A DNA stretch of 64,000 bases, taken from assembly GCA_020891255.1 (NCBI GenBank), contig BQFW01000009.1, positions 682,001 through 746,000 on the forward strand. The letters are read 5' to 3'. The position numbers and the translations under genes were made by a program. Within the stretch, counting starts at the first letter, position 1, and every line of letters begins with the position of its first letter. Below are positions 10,500-23,821 of this stretch, in pieces. The notes beneath the pieces are model-generated. The model had not been told where the DNA came from, did no database searches, and saw nothing but the letters and a program-made list of their open reading frames with translations. This stretch comes from Entomortierella parvispora E1425 (taxonomy: Eukaryota; Fungi; Mortierellomycota).

Positions 10500-12236
10500 A
10501 TGGCCACTACATCAACCTCAGAAACATCGGACTCGACAGATCCGCAGCCACCACAACGCACGTCCGTGATTCGCTGTCTGGAAGTAACGGAGCTCCGTCA
10601 ATGGATATGCCGATCCCTACACGCCCAGGACATTATCGCGTGCATGTCCGTGAGCAAAAACTGGTCTGCCCTCTTTGCCCCGATCTTGTTTGAATCGATT
10701 AGCTTTGAAGAGTGGGGCAAGCCTAGAAAAGCGGACGCCTTTATGGCCAGGAGTGTCGCCACGGACCGTCGAAATCTGCCCTTGATCCTTCACCTCCGAA
10801 CCTGTCACCCCCAAGTCTTGACTCACCTCTTGCGCGAATGCGAAGAAGTTGGACCCAACAAAGAACCAAAGACTCTTCCCCTTAGAAGCTTGAGCTTAGA
10901 GTTGGACAGGACCTACCACAGTTGGATTCAACCTCACCTTACCAACATTCTCTTGTCTATGGTCAAAACCTTTCGATCCTTGCGTCAACTGGAGCTCCAA
11001 CTCACGGGATCTTTGACGATTCATCGACAGACTGCTCAACTGCCCTCATACCTGCCCAGTACAACCCTGTCAGATCTCTCGGTCGATTTTGAACTTTGTA
11101 AAGCCGATTGCGTGTCCTGCAGTCAAAAGCCCGTCCAGGATCTCGTCCGATCTCTGGAAAACAGGACAGAAGCCTTCCCGTTCTTGAACATGATATCTCT
11201 GACCATCGCTCGGTGTACTGTGGACGGGACGGGGGGTCAACTTTGGAGACCGCTAATCCAGAGCTGCCGAAACTTGGTGCGCTTCGTCTTTCCTTTACAG
11301 AACCGAAGTCAGGATTTAGAAGCCACCCGCATGTTGTTTGAGACTGTCCGCAAATGCTGCCCAAAATTGAGGGAACTCGACCTCAGTGCCAAAAACAGTG
11401 ATTACCTCACTCAGGAAGACAGAAAAGACGAACGCGACCTTGCCACTCAATTCGGCACCACACCTGCCATCACAGATGAGTTGCTGGCGATCTGTCTGGA
11501 TGGTTCGGAAATGGGCTGGACTAGCTTAGATATCTCATCCTTGCCCTGTGTGGGCCCTCGATCCATTGAGGTGTTGTTCCGACACGTCCGGACCCTACGT
11601 TCTCTTTTGTTCCCCAATACCGCGGCCTTTTCGAGCGCACAGTGGCAGCTGTTCATGTCCCGTTGCCCCGCTCTGCAGATCTTTCAGGTCCAATCTGTTC
11701 CAGTCCGTCGAAATGAACGGCCACAATACCCTCAAATTCATTTCATCCCCAAGGATTTCAACCCAGAGACATGGCCTTGCCAGGGTGTCCTTCAGGAAAT
11801 GAACTTCAAGATTTGTGGAGTGCAGCATGTTACGGACAAGGAGGTGGAAGTGCACCGAGAGGTTTTCCGAAGACTGAGCTGTTTGTTTGCTTTGAAAAAG
11901 CTTTCGCATCAGTATCTAACCGACGACGCTGGCAAGACCCTGCCAACGTCTCAGAGTCCTTATTACCACGTCGAAGAGATGGATGAGCCAGGTTTAGCCT
12001 ATTGGCGAAGGACGGGTCTGGAAGAGTTGGCCAAGTTGACACAGCTGGAGGACTTGGATATCAGAGACACAGCCGGCTACCCTTCCGAGGACGATCTTCA
12101 GTGGATGCAGAAAACCTGGCCGCAGCTCAAGACCATGCGACAGTATACAGCGTCGTACGCTCATGCAGATTCATTGAAAATGTGGATGTCAACGAAATGG
12201 AACAACGTCGATGTTATCGAATACATGGCACGATAG
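10500..12236 (+). CDS. F-box-like/RNI-like LRR protein
   Basis: N-terminal CLEVTELRQWICRSL...IIACMSVSKNWSALFAPILF. C-terminal WPCQGVLQEM, VFRRLSCLFALKKL, GLEELAKLTQLEDLDI and DLQWMQKTWPQL motifs are shared with the other F-box/LRR-like loci here. The start may lie upstream at 10046. Confidence 0.75.
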   Translation: MATTSTSETSDSTDPQPPQRTSVIRCLEVTELRQWICRSLHAQDIIACMSVSKNWSALFAPILFESISFEEWGKPRKADAFMARSVATDRRNLPLILHLRTCHPQVLTHLLRECEEVGPNKEPKTLPLRSLSLELDRTYHSWIQPHLTNILLSMVKTFRSLRQLELQLTGSLTIHRQTAQLPSYLPSTTLSDLSVDFELCKADCVSCSQKPVQDLVRSLENRTEAFPFLNMISLTIARCTVDGTGGQLWRPLIQSCRNLVRFVFPLQNRSQDLEATRMLFETVRKCCPKLRELDLSAKNSDYLTQEDRKDERDLATQFGTTPAITDELLAICLDGSEMGWTSLDISSLPCVGPRSIEVLFRHVRTLRSLLFPNTAAFSSAQWQLFMSRCPALQIFQVQSVPVRRNERPQYPQIHFIPKDFNPETWPCQGVLQEMNFKICGVQHVTDKEVEVHREVFRRLSCLFALKKLSHQYLTDDAGKTLPTSQSPYYHVEEMDEPGLAYWRRTGLEELAKLTQLEDLDIRDTAGYPSEDDLQWMQKTWPQLKTMRQYTASYAHADSLKMWMSTKWNNVDVIEYMAR

Positions 12237-12468
12237 ATACTTTTTGCAACAAAAATCAAGCAAACACGCCACGTCCCGTCATATGCTTTGAGGGAGCATG
12301 AAATAAAAAAATAAAAAAAATGATTGGAAAAGTACAAGTAAATGTGTTTTAATGTTGGGTGCGGTGTGGGTGATAAATGCCTGGGTGGTTTCTATGCAAA
12401 ATAAAAAAAGGGTAGATGATTCCAATGGACGGAATAGCGATACAGTGAAGCAAAGGGTTTCAAGAGCT

Positions 12469-14752
12469 TTAAAGCTTGAGCTTTGCACTCTTGGATGCTT
12501 CTGCCGTACCACCCTTGATGCTCGACCGCTTGTTGCCTTCCCGATCGATGAAGCTGATGTTCTTTTGTCCAGACAAGGTCTTGACAGCATCCATCTTGTC
12601 GCGGACAATCGTCTTGGCATTGCCCTTGTCGCCGACCTGGCGACCCAACCTCCGGTCCTTGGCCTCTCTCTCGGCCTGTCTCTCTGCATCCTTGCGGGCA
12701 CGCTCTCTGTTCTCGGCCTTCTTGGCACGCTTGGCGCCAGCGCGCTTGCGCTTTCTCTCTGCCTGCTCCATTTCGGTATCGCCCTTGATAGGTGCCTTGC
12801 CTGCAGAGTAAATTTCCTCGGGAGCCAACAGAGACGAATCAGCCACACTGACCGGGATAGCCTCCTCCATGCTAATGGCAGGTGCGTTGGTGACGACGGT
12901 GAGCTCGGCCTTGGGGGCCTTGGGGGTGTAGTGCCAATTGCTCATAGAGTCGAGCTTTTGGCAAAGATCCTGCCAAAGCATTGTGATCTCCTCGTGCTTC
13001 TTCTCCAAAGCTGCCTCGCGTTCGCTCATGACGGGTCCTGTCGTGGAAGTCTCACGGACATAGTCGTCCTCGTACAACTCTGCAAGAGACTTTTTGGACT
13101 TCTCATCCGAAATCTCCACTCTGGACGAAGGGTTGAAGGCCTTCATGTTGGGTGCAGCCTTGCGAATGACATCATCCCAGTTGGCGGCCAAGATACGCTC
13201 CTTGATGATGTCCTCCAATGATTGAGTCATCTCGGCAGTGATCACGGGAATGGGCTTGGATACTGTCTCAAAGTCCAAATCCTCCTCCAACAAACTGTTG
13301 ACGGGACGATCCGATGATGATGCCTCTCCCTTCTTGGTCCAGTCCTTGGCAGCGACGTTCTCCTGCTCCAAAGCATCGATTTGTTCCTTCAGTTTCCGTT
13401 GCATCCTCTCGTGCTTGGAGAGTTTTTCTAATTGTCAGCCAAAAAAAAAAGAGGGAAATAGTGTGAGTGCTGTGCCTCATGTTCCGCTGCCAGAAAAAAT
13501 CTCATAAACGCGACGGTAGATCTTTTTACCTGTTTCTTGCTCTTCCTCATCAAGTCCAAAGAGGTTAGAGACTCTGTCGCCAAGAGCATTCACGTCCTCG
13601 CTCTCCTCGTTGTCTTCCTCAGCATCCTCCATCTCGGAGACCTGCTCCTCCTCAACTGGCTCCTCACGTTCGAAATGAGCCTCCTCTCGTTGCTTTGGCT
13701 TGGGTCGGTTGGTGCGACCCTTTTCTGGCGGAGCGAAGAAGTTGGCATAGTTGACATCTAAAAGCAGGACGATTTAGGTTAGCGGCGTGCAATACAAATA
13801 CTCTCCAACAAATCCATAATATTGACCTCGAACACTTGAGCACGTACCATGAGCATCGACCTCGTTCTCGTTCTCCTCCATGTCGCCAAAGTCATCATCC
13901 TCATCTTCCTCGCCACTCTCAATCAAATCTGGGTCAGCAAAGTAGTCAATCTCTTCGTCGTCTGAAGGAACCTTGCCCTCCATCTCGTCCTGCTCCTGCT
14001 TCTCCGTCATGGCGTTGAACTCGTCCAAGTTGAAGAAATCATCATCAACCTCAGACCTCCGGGTCTTCTTCTTGACGGGAAGATCAAGGTCATCAAGCTC
14101 CTCCTCCTCTTCCTCTTCTTCCTCTTCGTCCTCGTCAAGACCCTCCTCCTCATCTTCCTCCTCCTCATCAAGATCGGCGTCGAGATCCTCATCTTCGTCT
14201 TCGTCGCCCTCCATGTCTTCATCGTCTTCTCCTGAAAAGACGTTATCGGTATCTTCCATCTCGAGTCCCATCTCCTCCTCATCGAGGCTCATCTCGTTCT
14301 CCTCGTCCTCGTCCTCCTCTTCCTCTTCGTCCTCAGCCTTGGTCTCGACTTCGGGAGCTGACTTCAAGGTCTTCAATTCTGTCTTGAGGTATGTGAGGAA
14401 AGGCGTGTTCTGCATATGAATCTCCTCCCAGATCTGATCATTGTCGAATCCGTCCACGAAGAGCTCCTCCAGCATGGATCCTTGTCCCTTTAATGATCCC
14501 GACTCGGTTGATTTTCCTGTGGACACCGAGAAGAAGGGGTTAGCTTTTCATAAAGTGCTTTTTCTCTCTTTCCAGGAAGATATCTAAAAAAAGTGGGAAG
14601 TTGTTCCTACCGAGATCGTAAAGGTATTTGGTGATGGATTTGGCTTGCTCAGCTGTGGCCTCGGTCTTGGTCAAGAAGACTTCAGGCTTGTCGAGGACCT
14701 GAGTGTTGAACTCTTCCAGCAGCTGCTGGTTGGGCATGGTCTCTGCGGCCAT
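12469..14752 (-). CDS. MPP10: U3 snoRNP protein Mpp10 (4 exons)
   Basis: LDKPEVFL, GFDNDQIWEEI, acidic tract, SEVDDDFFNLDEF, IDYFADP, RPVNSLLEEDLDFE, KKSLAELYEDDY, KLDSMSNWHYTPK, ISMEEAIP..LLAPEEIY. Confidence 0.93.
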
Positions 14753-15108
14753 GGGTGTGAATGTGGGTAGTTGTGTTGTTGGGAATATGAAGCGACGAAA
14801 ATGGACAGAGAATAGGATGAATTGCTACAGAGTGAATGCAGCGATGCAGGGAAATGGATGTGAAGCGAGAGTGGATGAGCTGGATGGACTCTGTGGGTGC
14901 ATGCAGGGTCAGGCGTAGTAAAGTTCAAAAAAAAGAAAAAGAGGCAGTAAACATGTGGCTTAGGGGAGGGACTGCCGATGAGATCAATAGCCATTGCGAT
15001 GGTTTCGTCTACTTTCACGTGACCTTTTTTTGCCTTCCTGAACGCGTTGGCGGCGTTCAAGTATTGCCACCACTTCCTCTGCCCTCGTCATCACATTCTC
15101 CAGGCACC

Positions 15109-16863
15109 ATGGCACTACCGCAGCAACATACAATCTCTGAAGGTAAAAAAAACATTCAACTCATTCCTGCCCTTCCTCAACATTGAAAATGGTGACTCTC
15201 AAGGCTAACATGACTTTTCATTTGTTTCACCATGCAATTCAGACGAAGCCGCATTGTATGACAGACAGATTCGTCTGTGGGGTGCCGAGGCCCAGTTAAG
15301 GTAACGTCTCCTAGAGGCTGAGATAAAGCCAACTTCCTGATGCAAATGAAAAGACTAAGGCAGAGGGGTATGGATTCTTTCACCGTTGGCTGATCCTCTC
15401 TATCTTGCGAAATTAGGATGAGAAACGCGTCTATTCTTATCGCAGGCATGCGTGGATTGAGCAACGAGGTTTGCAAGAACATTATCCTTGCGGGCGTCGG
15501 ATCTATCACTATTCTGGATCATGAAAATATCACGGAGCAGGACTTTGGATCTCAGTTTTTGATCCGCGGGGCTGCTCTTGGAACCAATGTAATACATCCA
15601 GCCAAGTTCTTGAAAGAGCTGATCTGCACCGGTTTTATGCGGCATCCATCATAACCTCTCTTTTTCATTCATCCACCTCCTACTAGCGTGCTGCTGCAGC
15701 AGCCGAAAAGGCCAGACTCTTGAACCCAAGAGTTAATGTCATCGTGGATCAGGAGGACATTGTCAAGAAGGACGATGCATTTTTCCAACAATTTAACATT
15801 GTGTGTCTAGTTGGATGCACCATCGATCAAATGGTAGGGAGGCTAAGTGATCTAAGGCATTCAAGGCACTAAAATGTGCAGAAAGGCTGTAACTAACAAC
15901 TGTATTGCGTTTGTAGATTCGTGTGGACGATGCCTGCCGAGCATCAGAAAAGAGAACTGGATTCTATGCCGCCAATGTCTACGGATTTAATGGATATATT
16001 TTCTGCGATTTGAAGGACCACCACTACAGAGTGTAGGTCTCACCCAAAGAGAAGCGTTCAATCATTTTCGAAGTACAGGAAAGAGATATTCTAACCTTGA
16101 CAACTTGACTTCCTTTATCTATCCAGAGAGAGACAAGAGGAAAATGCAGCGACAGTCATTATTCAGAAGCACCACACGTACGACAGCCTGAGTGATGTCC
16201 TTTTGGCTCGATTTGGATTCCCCACACCAAGAAAGCTTCGACGGAAGGTGTCCCCACTTTTGCTTGCTATCCAAGGTGAGTTTTTTTTATTTCTTTCGTG
16301 GTCATGTTTCGAGTTCTGTTCTTGAAGACAAAGTGTAATTAACAAAGAGTGATGTCTTGTAAAATCATAGTTCTCTGGCAGTTCCAACAGCAGCATGGAG
16401 GAAGGCTGCCTCAAAGCAGTTCACAAGAAGACCTGGCAACTATGCTTCAACTCAGAGATACCAAATTGAAGGATGCACAAGTAGATCCGGCATTTGTGGA
16501 TGACAGCCTGATTCAGTAAGAACCCTGATTGCACAGGAACTATGTCTTCGTTGCGCCATATGCTAATATATCACACAATGTTATCAATAGGGTTCTCGTT
16601 TCTACAGGCTCAGCGGAAATCATGCCTGTTTGTGCAGTTGTAGGAGGCTACCTTGCCCAGGATATTCTGAAGACGCTGTCGGCCAAGGATGCGCCGATCC
16701 TCAACCATTATATCTACAGCGGAATGGAAGGTAAGAGATCGTGGCCCATGAAATGTGCAACAACGTGGACAGAGGATGGATGGCTGTGAGATTCTGACGT
16801 TTTATATTTATTTCTTGGCACATTGTAGCCACAGGGGTTGTCCACCACATCAAGAAGGAGTAG
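15109..16863 (+). CDS. AOS1: SUMO-activating enzyme E1 subunit Aos1/SAE1 (ThiF family, multi-exon)
   Basis: Spliced product reads MALPQQHTISEDEAALYDRQIRLWGAEAQLRMRNASILIAGMRGLSNEVCKNIILAGVGSITILD...LNPRVNV...EIMPVCAVVGGYLAQDILK. Confidence 0.88.
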
Positions 16864-17034
16864 GCGTCGTTCATCGAAAAAATAATAAAATGTACATCCA
16901 GGAGAAAGCGCCCCGTAATATGGTGACACCGCCCCACACGCCAAGGACTCGCCCAAACCTACCTCCTTCCATCAATTCCTTTCCTCTCCTCACAATCTCC
17001 TTTCATCGCCCACTAAACACATTGCCCTCCAAGA

Positions 17035-18767
17035 ATGTCAGGACTAGCTGCCAATGTCCCTGAGGGACTTAAGAACATCACACCATTTCTGCAGCGCGCA
17101 GCCCAGCTTCAGGAACGCGACCCAATCGTTTCATACTATGGTACAGCCTATCCTTTTTTTTTAAAGAGAGCCGCCATGGCGCATCAGGAACAACGCTGAC
17201 AGTCCATTAACTGTGTCTTTTCTCTTGTGCTCGGCATCTTCAGCCAACTACTATGCTGCAAAGCTTGCTATCGGCAAGGCATCCAAGGACAACCGTGACT
17301 TTGTCGAGGCTCTGTTAAACACGTTGGAGAAGGTGCGGAGACTTTTTTACGACGTATTGAGAGGAGTCGAGATCTTCCCACGAGTTATGGATACTAATCG
17401 CCTTCTGACTTATGGACTGAAACCAACAGCAAAGAAAGGACATTGGCGAGAACGAGGCAATCTCGAGCGACTTGGTAGGATATGCCCATATTGAAAACTT
17501 TGCCATCAAGATCTTTAGCAGGGCGGATGACGAGGACCGCGCGGGACAGGGCTCACAGTATGTATCGTTTCTTTTTTTTTTTTGTTCCCATCTTTCTTTT
17601 TCAATGACAACATTTGCGATCTATCAAACACGCATCTGACCACCCCTTACTCCCTTCTGTTTCTTTTCACTTTTATTAGGAAAACTGCAAAAAACTTTGT
17701 AGCTGCGGCCAACTTTTTGGAGTTATTGAAGGTCTTTGGCGACATTGATTCAGAGGTTGAGGAAAAGATCAAGTACGCAAAGTGGAGAGCGGCAGATATC
17801 GTCAAGGCAATCAGGGATGGACGCCAGCCTGCACCCCCACCAGGCGCTCAAAAGTCCTCAGCTTCTGAGCTGGGGTTGGATACCACCATGGAGAGTTTGG
17901 ATACCGCCGCAGAGGCGACCAATGCAGCAGCGGCAGGTGCGCCGGCGACATTCCCTTCTGAAGCAATGGATACCACAGGAGGATATGTCAACGCCACGAC
18001 ATACTCGCCTGCAGTCGTTGCTCCCTCTTTCCCAACATCAGACATGTCGGGAGTATCTGGCGGAGCTGCTCCATCGTTCCCTACCATTGCCAACTTCCCC
18101 TCACCTCCATTGGGACATTCAAGTCCCGCCAACAGCTCGAATGGCGCTCAGGGAGCTAATAACTGGAACCAAACTCCCTCGCCTCATGTCGCCCCTTCAT
18201 CAACATTTATCCCCCCTGCTTCTAATATTCCCAGCATCCAGAGTCCACCGGCGCCGGCAGCACAGCAGCCTTTTATTAACAACGCCGTGGGAGGATATGC
18301 GGCCTCAGGACCTGTTAATCCAGCACCCCAGACCCACTTTGGTCAACAGCCACCTACACACTTTGGCTCGCCCTCGGCACCTTATGGCCAGCAGCCTCCA
18401 CCTCCTCAGCAGCCTCCTCAGCAACCTTACTATCAACCTCAAGTGCCACCTACACCACCAGCGCCGACTCCTGTACAACAGTATCAAGCGCCTTACAACC
18501 CTATGCCGGTTCAGGTTTTGGACCCTGCTGTGTCAGCCCAGGTTCAAAAGCATTGCAAATGGACAATTTCGTCGCTTACCTATGATGACATCCCGGCTGC
18601 GGTTGACAACTTGGAAAAAGCCCTTGCTCTCCTTCGCGTAAGTTCTCATTCCTTGAATTCAAAGAAAAGATGCGCGTCTTCCAGAAGAGCGTGAGAATCA
18701 ATCCACTAACTATATCACTCTTATATATTTTCCCTCATCTTGATAGCCATACCACAGTAAAAATTAG
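17035..18767 (+). CDS. VTA1: ESCRT/Vps4 cofactor Vta1 (MIT domains, Pro/Gln-rich linker, VSL domain)
   Basis: PFLQRAAQLQERDPIVSYY; AHIENFAIKIFSRADDEDR; KNFVAAANFLELLKVFG...EEKIKYAKWRAADI; VQKHCKWTISSLTYDDIPAAVDNLEKALALL. Confidence 0.93.
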
Positions 18768-18925
18768 AAGCGTACCGGGATGAATAGAGAGAGGAGAGAG
18801 AGATTCGAAATAAAAAGAGAACGAATGGCCACCTGCCAAAAAAAAAAAAAAAAAAAAAAAAATCGATTACGGCTTCTATTTCAAAAGGGGGGGGGGTAAC
18901 ATTTTTATTTTCGTTTCTATCTATT

Positions 18926-20732
18926 TTACACCTCCGAGATACCATCCTCATCGTCCTCAGTCTCCTTGATTTCTGTGATCTCGGGGATCTCATCCTCATC
19001 GTCCTCAGTCTCCTTGATTTCTGTGATCTCGGGGATCTCATCGCGCATGAGCATGTTAACAATCTTCTCGGCGACCTCACGGACGTGATCCTCAGGCTCG
19101 GCCAAATGCATCTTTTGGACGACAGGGTAGGTCTTCTTCTCGCGAAGGTAGTCGCGTCCCTGGCGCGTGGATGTGAGGAGAATCAAGCCTTCCAAGAGCG
19201 TTTCCCGAAGGTGAGCATCGGACTCACGGGTCTTGGTAGGGGGCAACAACTGAATATCTTCGGGCATACCCTCCATATCCTATTTGGAAAGGCGGAAAAA
19301 ATCATTAGAGGGGGGTTCTTCTAGCCAGAAATCGCTTTTTTGGGGTCCATCTTGTCAGTTCCTGTCACATACGTCAAGGTCAAACTCTTCCGGTCCGCAA
19401 AGAGGAAGAAGGATATAAGGCAAGACATTAATATCGTCCTCGTCCAAAAGGGCGGGGTGGTGCTCAACAGCAAATCCAGCGTTTCTATGGAAAATAAAGA
19501 GTTAACGTCTGGAAACAGTCTTGAGCATGTTCTTCCTACGTAAAGACGACAAGCAAGGCACCTACTTAATAGTGGTGATGACACCGCCGCGACGGATCAA
19601 GCTGGGGTGCTCTGTGAAGCAAACAATCTTAGAAAGGGGTGAGAGCTCGTTATCATCCTTGGCGAACAGGGCGTTGCGTCCCTCTGATGTCTGTTGTAAA
19701 GGCCGATTTGCAAAGAGAAAACCTTGTCAGTATCTATTCTTTTAGTGTCCTCATATTTAGCACAAGTCGAACAAGTCGATCCTGTCTTCCATACCGTAGC
19801 GACCATGGCGAAAACACTAGCCAAAAAGTCAAAGTTGCACTGGGGGTTGTATCCCTTGTCCGTGCCCTTCAAAAAGACATCTGCGAGTTGAGCGACGGCG
19901 GCGGTGGCGGTTGTCAAACCCTCGACGGGCTTTCCCTGAAGGCTAACCAATTTGTTGAGGGTGTTCTCGTTCTTGCACATGTTGGACAAGAGCATGCATC
20001 CGAGATCAGCAAGAATGTTCTTCTTGGAGATGATGATCGTAAAGACCAAGTACTTCAAAAAGTCCTCATCATCCAGCTCTGCACAGATAAGCGCCTCTCC
20101 TGACAAGTTGATAAGCGAGCGAAGGGCATCGTGGGCAATAACCTAAAGAGAAGGGAAAAAAAAGATTAGCTCGGTGGTCGTCCGTGTGATGTGGCTCAAT
20201 TATTTTCTTTGTGTCATGGTTTCCGGCGGGAACTGCGCCCTGTGCGTGGGGAGATGTGGTGAAGACAAAAAAAAAGGTGTTGTGTCAACCCAGCAGGCAG
20301 TCCTTCCGTTCCATGTTACGTTACCTCATCATCCTTGACAAGGGCCTTCAAATCCTTGGTGAGGGACTTGGCATTCTTGACAAAGACCTGGAAGAACTCT
20401 GAGTTGGGTGCGGTGAAGGAGACAATGTTGTGGATAGCAATTTGGCGGACCTATCGGTACCCAAACGAAAAGTGAGAATTGTCGATACAGCCAGGGTTAG
20501 AGGGCGGGTTCTGCTTCCAAAGTGGAATGCCTATCATTGTCTTCAGCCACCATAAATCCTGCGTTTACCTCCATGCGTCCGTCGTGCAAAAAGGGCAAAA
20601 GCTAGGAAGGCCCAAGAATATCCAGGAGGAGAGAGCGTGAGAAACAAAGAAGCGGAACAACAAACAAGAATGCGCGCATCGTCCTTTGTGAGTCCATTCC
20701 AGCAGCGGTACCTCGATAATCTGTGCCTCCAT
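18926..20732 (-). CDS. HGH1: Hgh1 (FAM203), eEF2 chaperone, multi-exon
   Basis: Spliced N-terminus MEAQIIELLPFLHDGRMEVRQIAI; LADLGCMLLSN; NFDFLASVFA; FTEHPSLIRRGGV..TIKNCLF; PEDIQLLPPTKTRESD; LILLTSTRQGRDYLR...YPVV. Confidence 0.92.
18943..19038. repeat. Exact 48-bp tandem duplication in the HGH1 3' coding end
   Basis: CATCCTCATCGTCCTCAGTCTCCTTGATTTCTGTGATCTCGGGGATCT twice, encoding EIPEITEIKETEDDED twice. Confidence 0.95.
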
Positions 20733-21163
20733 GGTCAGTTGAGTCGTTGTTGAATGAGCGGAATGAAGGAGAGGCTGACAAAGGAAGAACAGAGTAGAAT
20801 ACAGGCAGACCTTTTGACACCAGCAAGGCACAGATACAGAAGGCAAGAGTGCTAAGCCACCGTTCGTGCACACAAAACAGACGTGACTGCTTCCCCTGCT
20901 TTTCATTTCCCTGCGCTTTTCTGTGTGCAAAAAATGTGAACAGAGACGCACGGCCGACGCGCGTGTGCATGCATCGCCTTCTTTGCTTTCCTTCTTTCTC
21001 TTCTTTCCTTCTCTCCCTTCCCCATCTCATTTCCTTCATCCCCTAGCGCTAACTCAGGAAGTCAAGCACCCTACTCCATTGCCCACACCCATTCCAAATC
21101 GAACCATCCCTCGAGAAAACGAAACACGCGCGCTCTTTACTTTCATTCACCTTACTCTTCTGC

Positions 21164-23821
21164 ATGGCCCCCACAAAGAGGAAGCAGGCCGTGGTCGAAT
21201 CCTCCGACTATACAAAGAAGGCCAAACTGATGCTTATAGGTGGACTCGAGGGCATTGCCGGATGGTTTCTTAAGGCACCAGAAATTGACCAACAACGTAA
21301 AAACCGGCCACCCATTCATTTGTTTGTGTTGTCCTTGATGCCATCCATTGATGCCTAACCCAATCCTTCTTGATTCCACCATCTTGTAGGGACACTAAAA
21401 CAACAACGACGAGGAGACTGGATCGGCGCTTACCCATCAGCTAGAGACAGGAGGGAAGAATACTATATCGGTGGCGTTGCATACAGCGAGGAGGATCTGG
21501 ATCATGTTGACCCTTACCGGCCTGTCAAGCGACCAGCGATCACCTCCAGTACGTCCCCTCTGTCGTTGTCCTCGTCCGCCTCCTCATCATCAGCAAAGTC
21601 ATCGGAAACATCAGCTACTTCCACGGATTCACCTTCATTAGATCGGCAACATAGACCTTCTTTATCTCCCCTGGACTCTGAGTCAAGGCCGTACCAACTC
21701 CAACCTTACACTAAACCTCCTCCTGTGATCGCACCGGATTTTGGGGAGTCAAGAGCATGGGATCTCTCCTCTTCAGCATCATCGAAGAACTCGACTTTAG
21801 ATGACATCCTTAGCCGCCCTTTTGAAAACCGAGGAGGAAATACCTTAAGAGGCAACGGTTTCAGTAGTCGATTTGACCAGGACGCACTATTGCGAGCCCG
21901 ACCCCGAGTCTATGCCAGCAAGGTCCAAAAGTCAGGCTCTTTGCTCCAAAGCAAGGTATTGCATTTAATATGCATCCCGCACACACTCGACGCAAATCAT
22001 TCCGAACAGATACCGTGGCCTCTTTTTTTTTTGAGAGATTGCTACTGATCACTATTCTTTATTTTGTGTTTATAGTACTACAACGACGACTCGATCACCC
22101 GACAGCGCACGTTTGAACGGCATTCATCAGAGAACCAAAAGGCCGTTCAGAGTATGTTACAGCTCAACGTTTGTCTAAAGTATCGCATGGATGCCTATGA
22201 ATAGCCATGTTAACCTGGATCGTTCAACTTTCGTTAGGCAGACTCAGGGCAGCACTACATGGAACGATCGGGGCATTACGGTCAGAAAGTACAAAGGCAG
22301 ATCGGGACGCTGCTGATGATGTGACTAATATGCATCGTGTTATCCGTGCATATAACCGAGGCGCTTTGGATGAGGATGACTCTGCACAGCAACGGAAACC
22401 ATCCCTGAGATTGCCTGCATGGACTCGGACAATGGTATTGAATGTATACCATACCAAATACTTGCACTTGCTATGCGGCTGCTATCCATCTAATCATCTT
22501 CCTCTTTAATTCAATTGGCAATTGCGTCGTATAGTATTTAGGAAACAGAGAGCCGACCTGGCTCAAAAACATCCGGGATGTGGTCAACAGAAGCCTCCCA
22601 CCTAGGTAAGCATTCCCAGGAGGAAGTCTCTACGATAACAGTCGACGTTAGTGATCTGGCTACTAATAGAGGATGTGCGAATCCAATTATTAGTATCGAA
22701 AACCAAAACAAACTACCAGGATACCAGGCTATTTCGGACGAACATGACCGTATTGAGCAAGAGGTAAAACAAAAAGCCGTTCCATATATATGTCCCTGAA
22801 TTGCTAGCTAAAGAACCAGTTGCTGACTGTCTTTATCTTTTTCTATAGCTGGCTGCCGAGAGACGAGGCCCAGTATTTACGGTTGAAGACGAAAAAAGGG
22901 TAAGAAATCACAGTTGAGGAGGTCTACCAACCTTTTGACCGTTGCCTGATTCTTTTTTTTTTGGAATATCATTAATGAAATAGATCAAGGCCGTGTTGGC
23001 CCCTGGCCATGGACCAGTAGTGGATGGTTTCAACATGACGCTCAACAAGCACGACTTGCATACGCTCCGACCTGGCGAGTGGTTGAACGACTCTGTGATC
23101 GATTTTTACAGTCAGCTGATCATGGATCGAAGCAAGAAGACACCATCACTGCCCCGCGTTCACGTATTCACGACTCATTTCTTCTCAACCTTGGCTGAAC
23201 ATGGATACGAGAAGATCAGACGCTGGACAAAAAAGGTATATCAAGGAGCCGATTCTTGGACGTGCTCCCAATTTGGACACTCGACTATCATTTGTAGGAC
23301 AAAGCCTCTAATGCCAGTCTACATCTCTGCTCTAGGTCGACCTTTTCGCTCTGGACTATGTCCTCGTCCCAGTCCATTGCTCAGGGAACCATTGGACGAC
23401 AGCCGTCATTGACATGAAGAAGAAAAAGATTGAATATCTGGATTCCCTCATGGGCAACAATCCAAAGTGTTTTGTGGTATGTGTGAATCTCCGCCTTTTT
23501 TTTTTTTTTTTTTTTTTTGGAAAAAAAGAGCACCAATGTCTAACCTGCTATTTCACCTTCATACCATAGCTTCTTCGTGGATACTTGGAGAGTGAGCACA
23601 AGGACAAGAAAAAGACACCGTTTGACTTTGCTGGGTGGACAGACAACTCGCCCAAGAACATCCCCAAGCAACGGAATGGCTTTGACTGTGGCGTCTTTAC
23701 ATGTACATTTATCGAATGCAAGAGTCGCGGAATGGACAAGTTTGTATTTTCTCAAAAGGATATGGAGGCCCTGAGGAAACATATGGTCCTGAGCATCTTG
23801 AACCAAAGCTTGTCTGTCTGA
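21164..23821 (+). CDS. ULP1: Ulp1/SENP-family SUMO protease (peptidase C48), multi-exon
   Basis: DLHTLRPGEWLNDSVIDFY; FTTHFFSTL...YEKIRRWTKK; VPVHCSGNHWTTAVID (catalytic His/Asp); IPKQRNGFDCGVFTC (catalytic Cys). Confidence 0.92.

Noticed and set aside
12352-13221. 289-aa plus-strand ORF, and similar antisense ORFs over MPDU1, CCP1, VTA1 and the CENP-B-like gene
   Set aside because: Antisense shadows of well-supported genes with biased codon usage.
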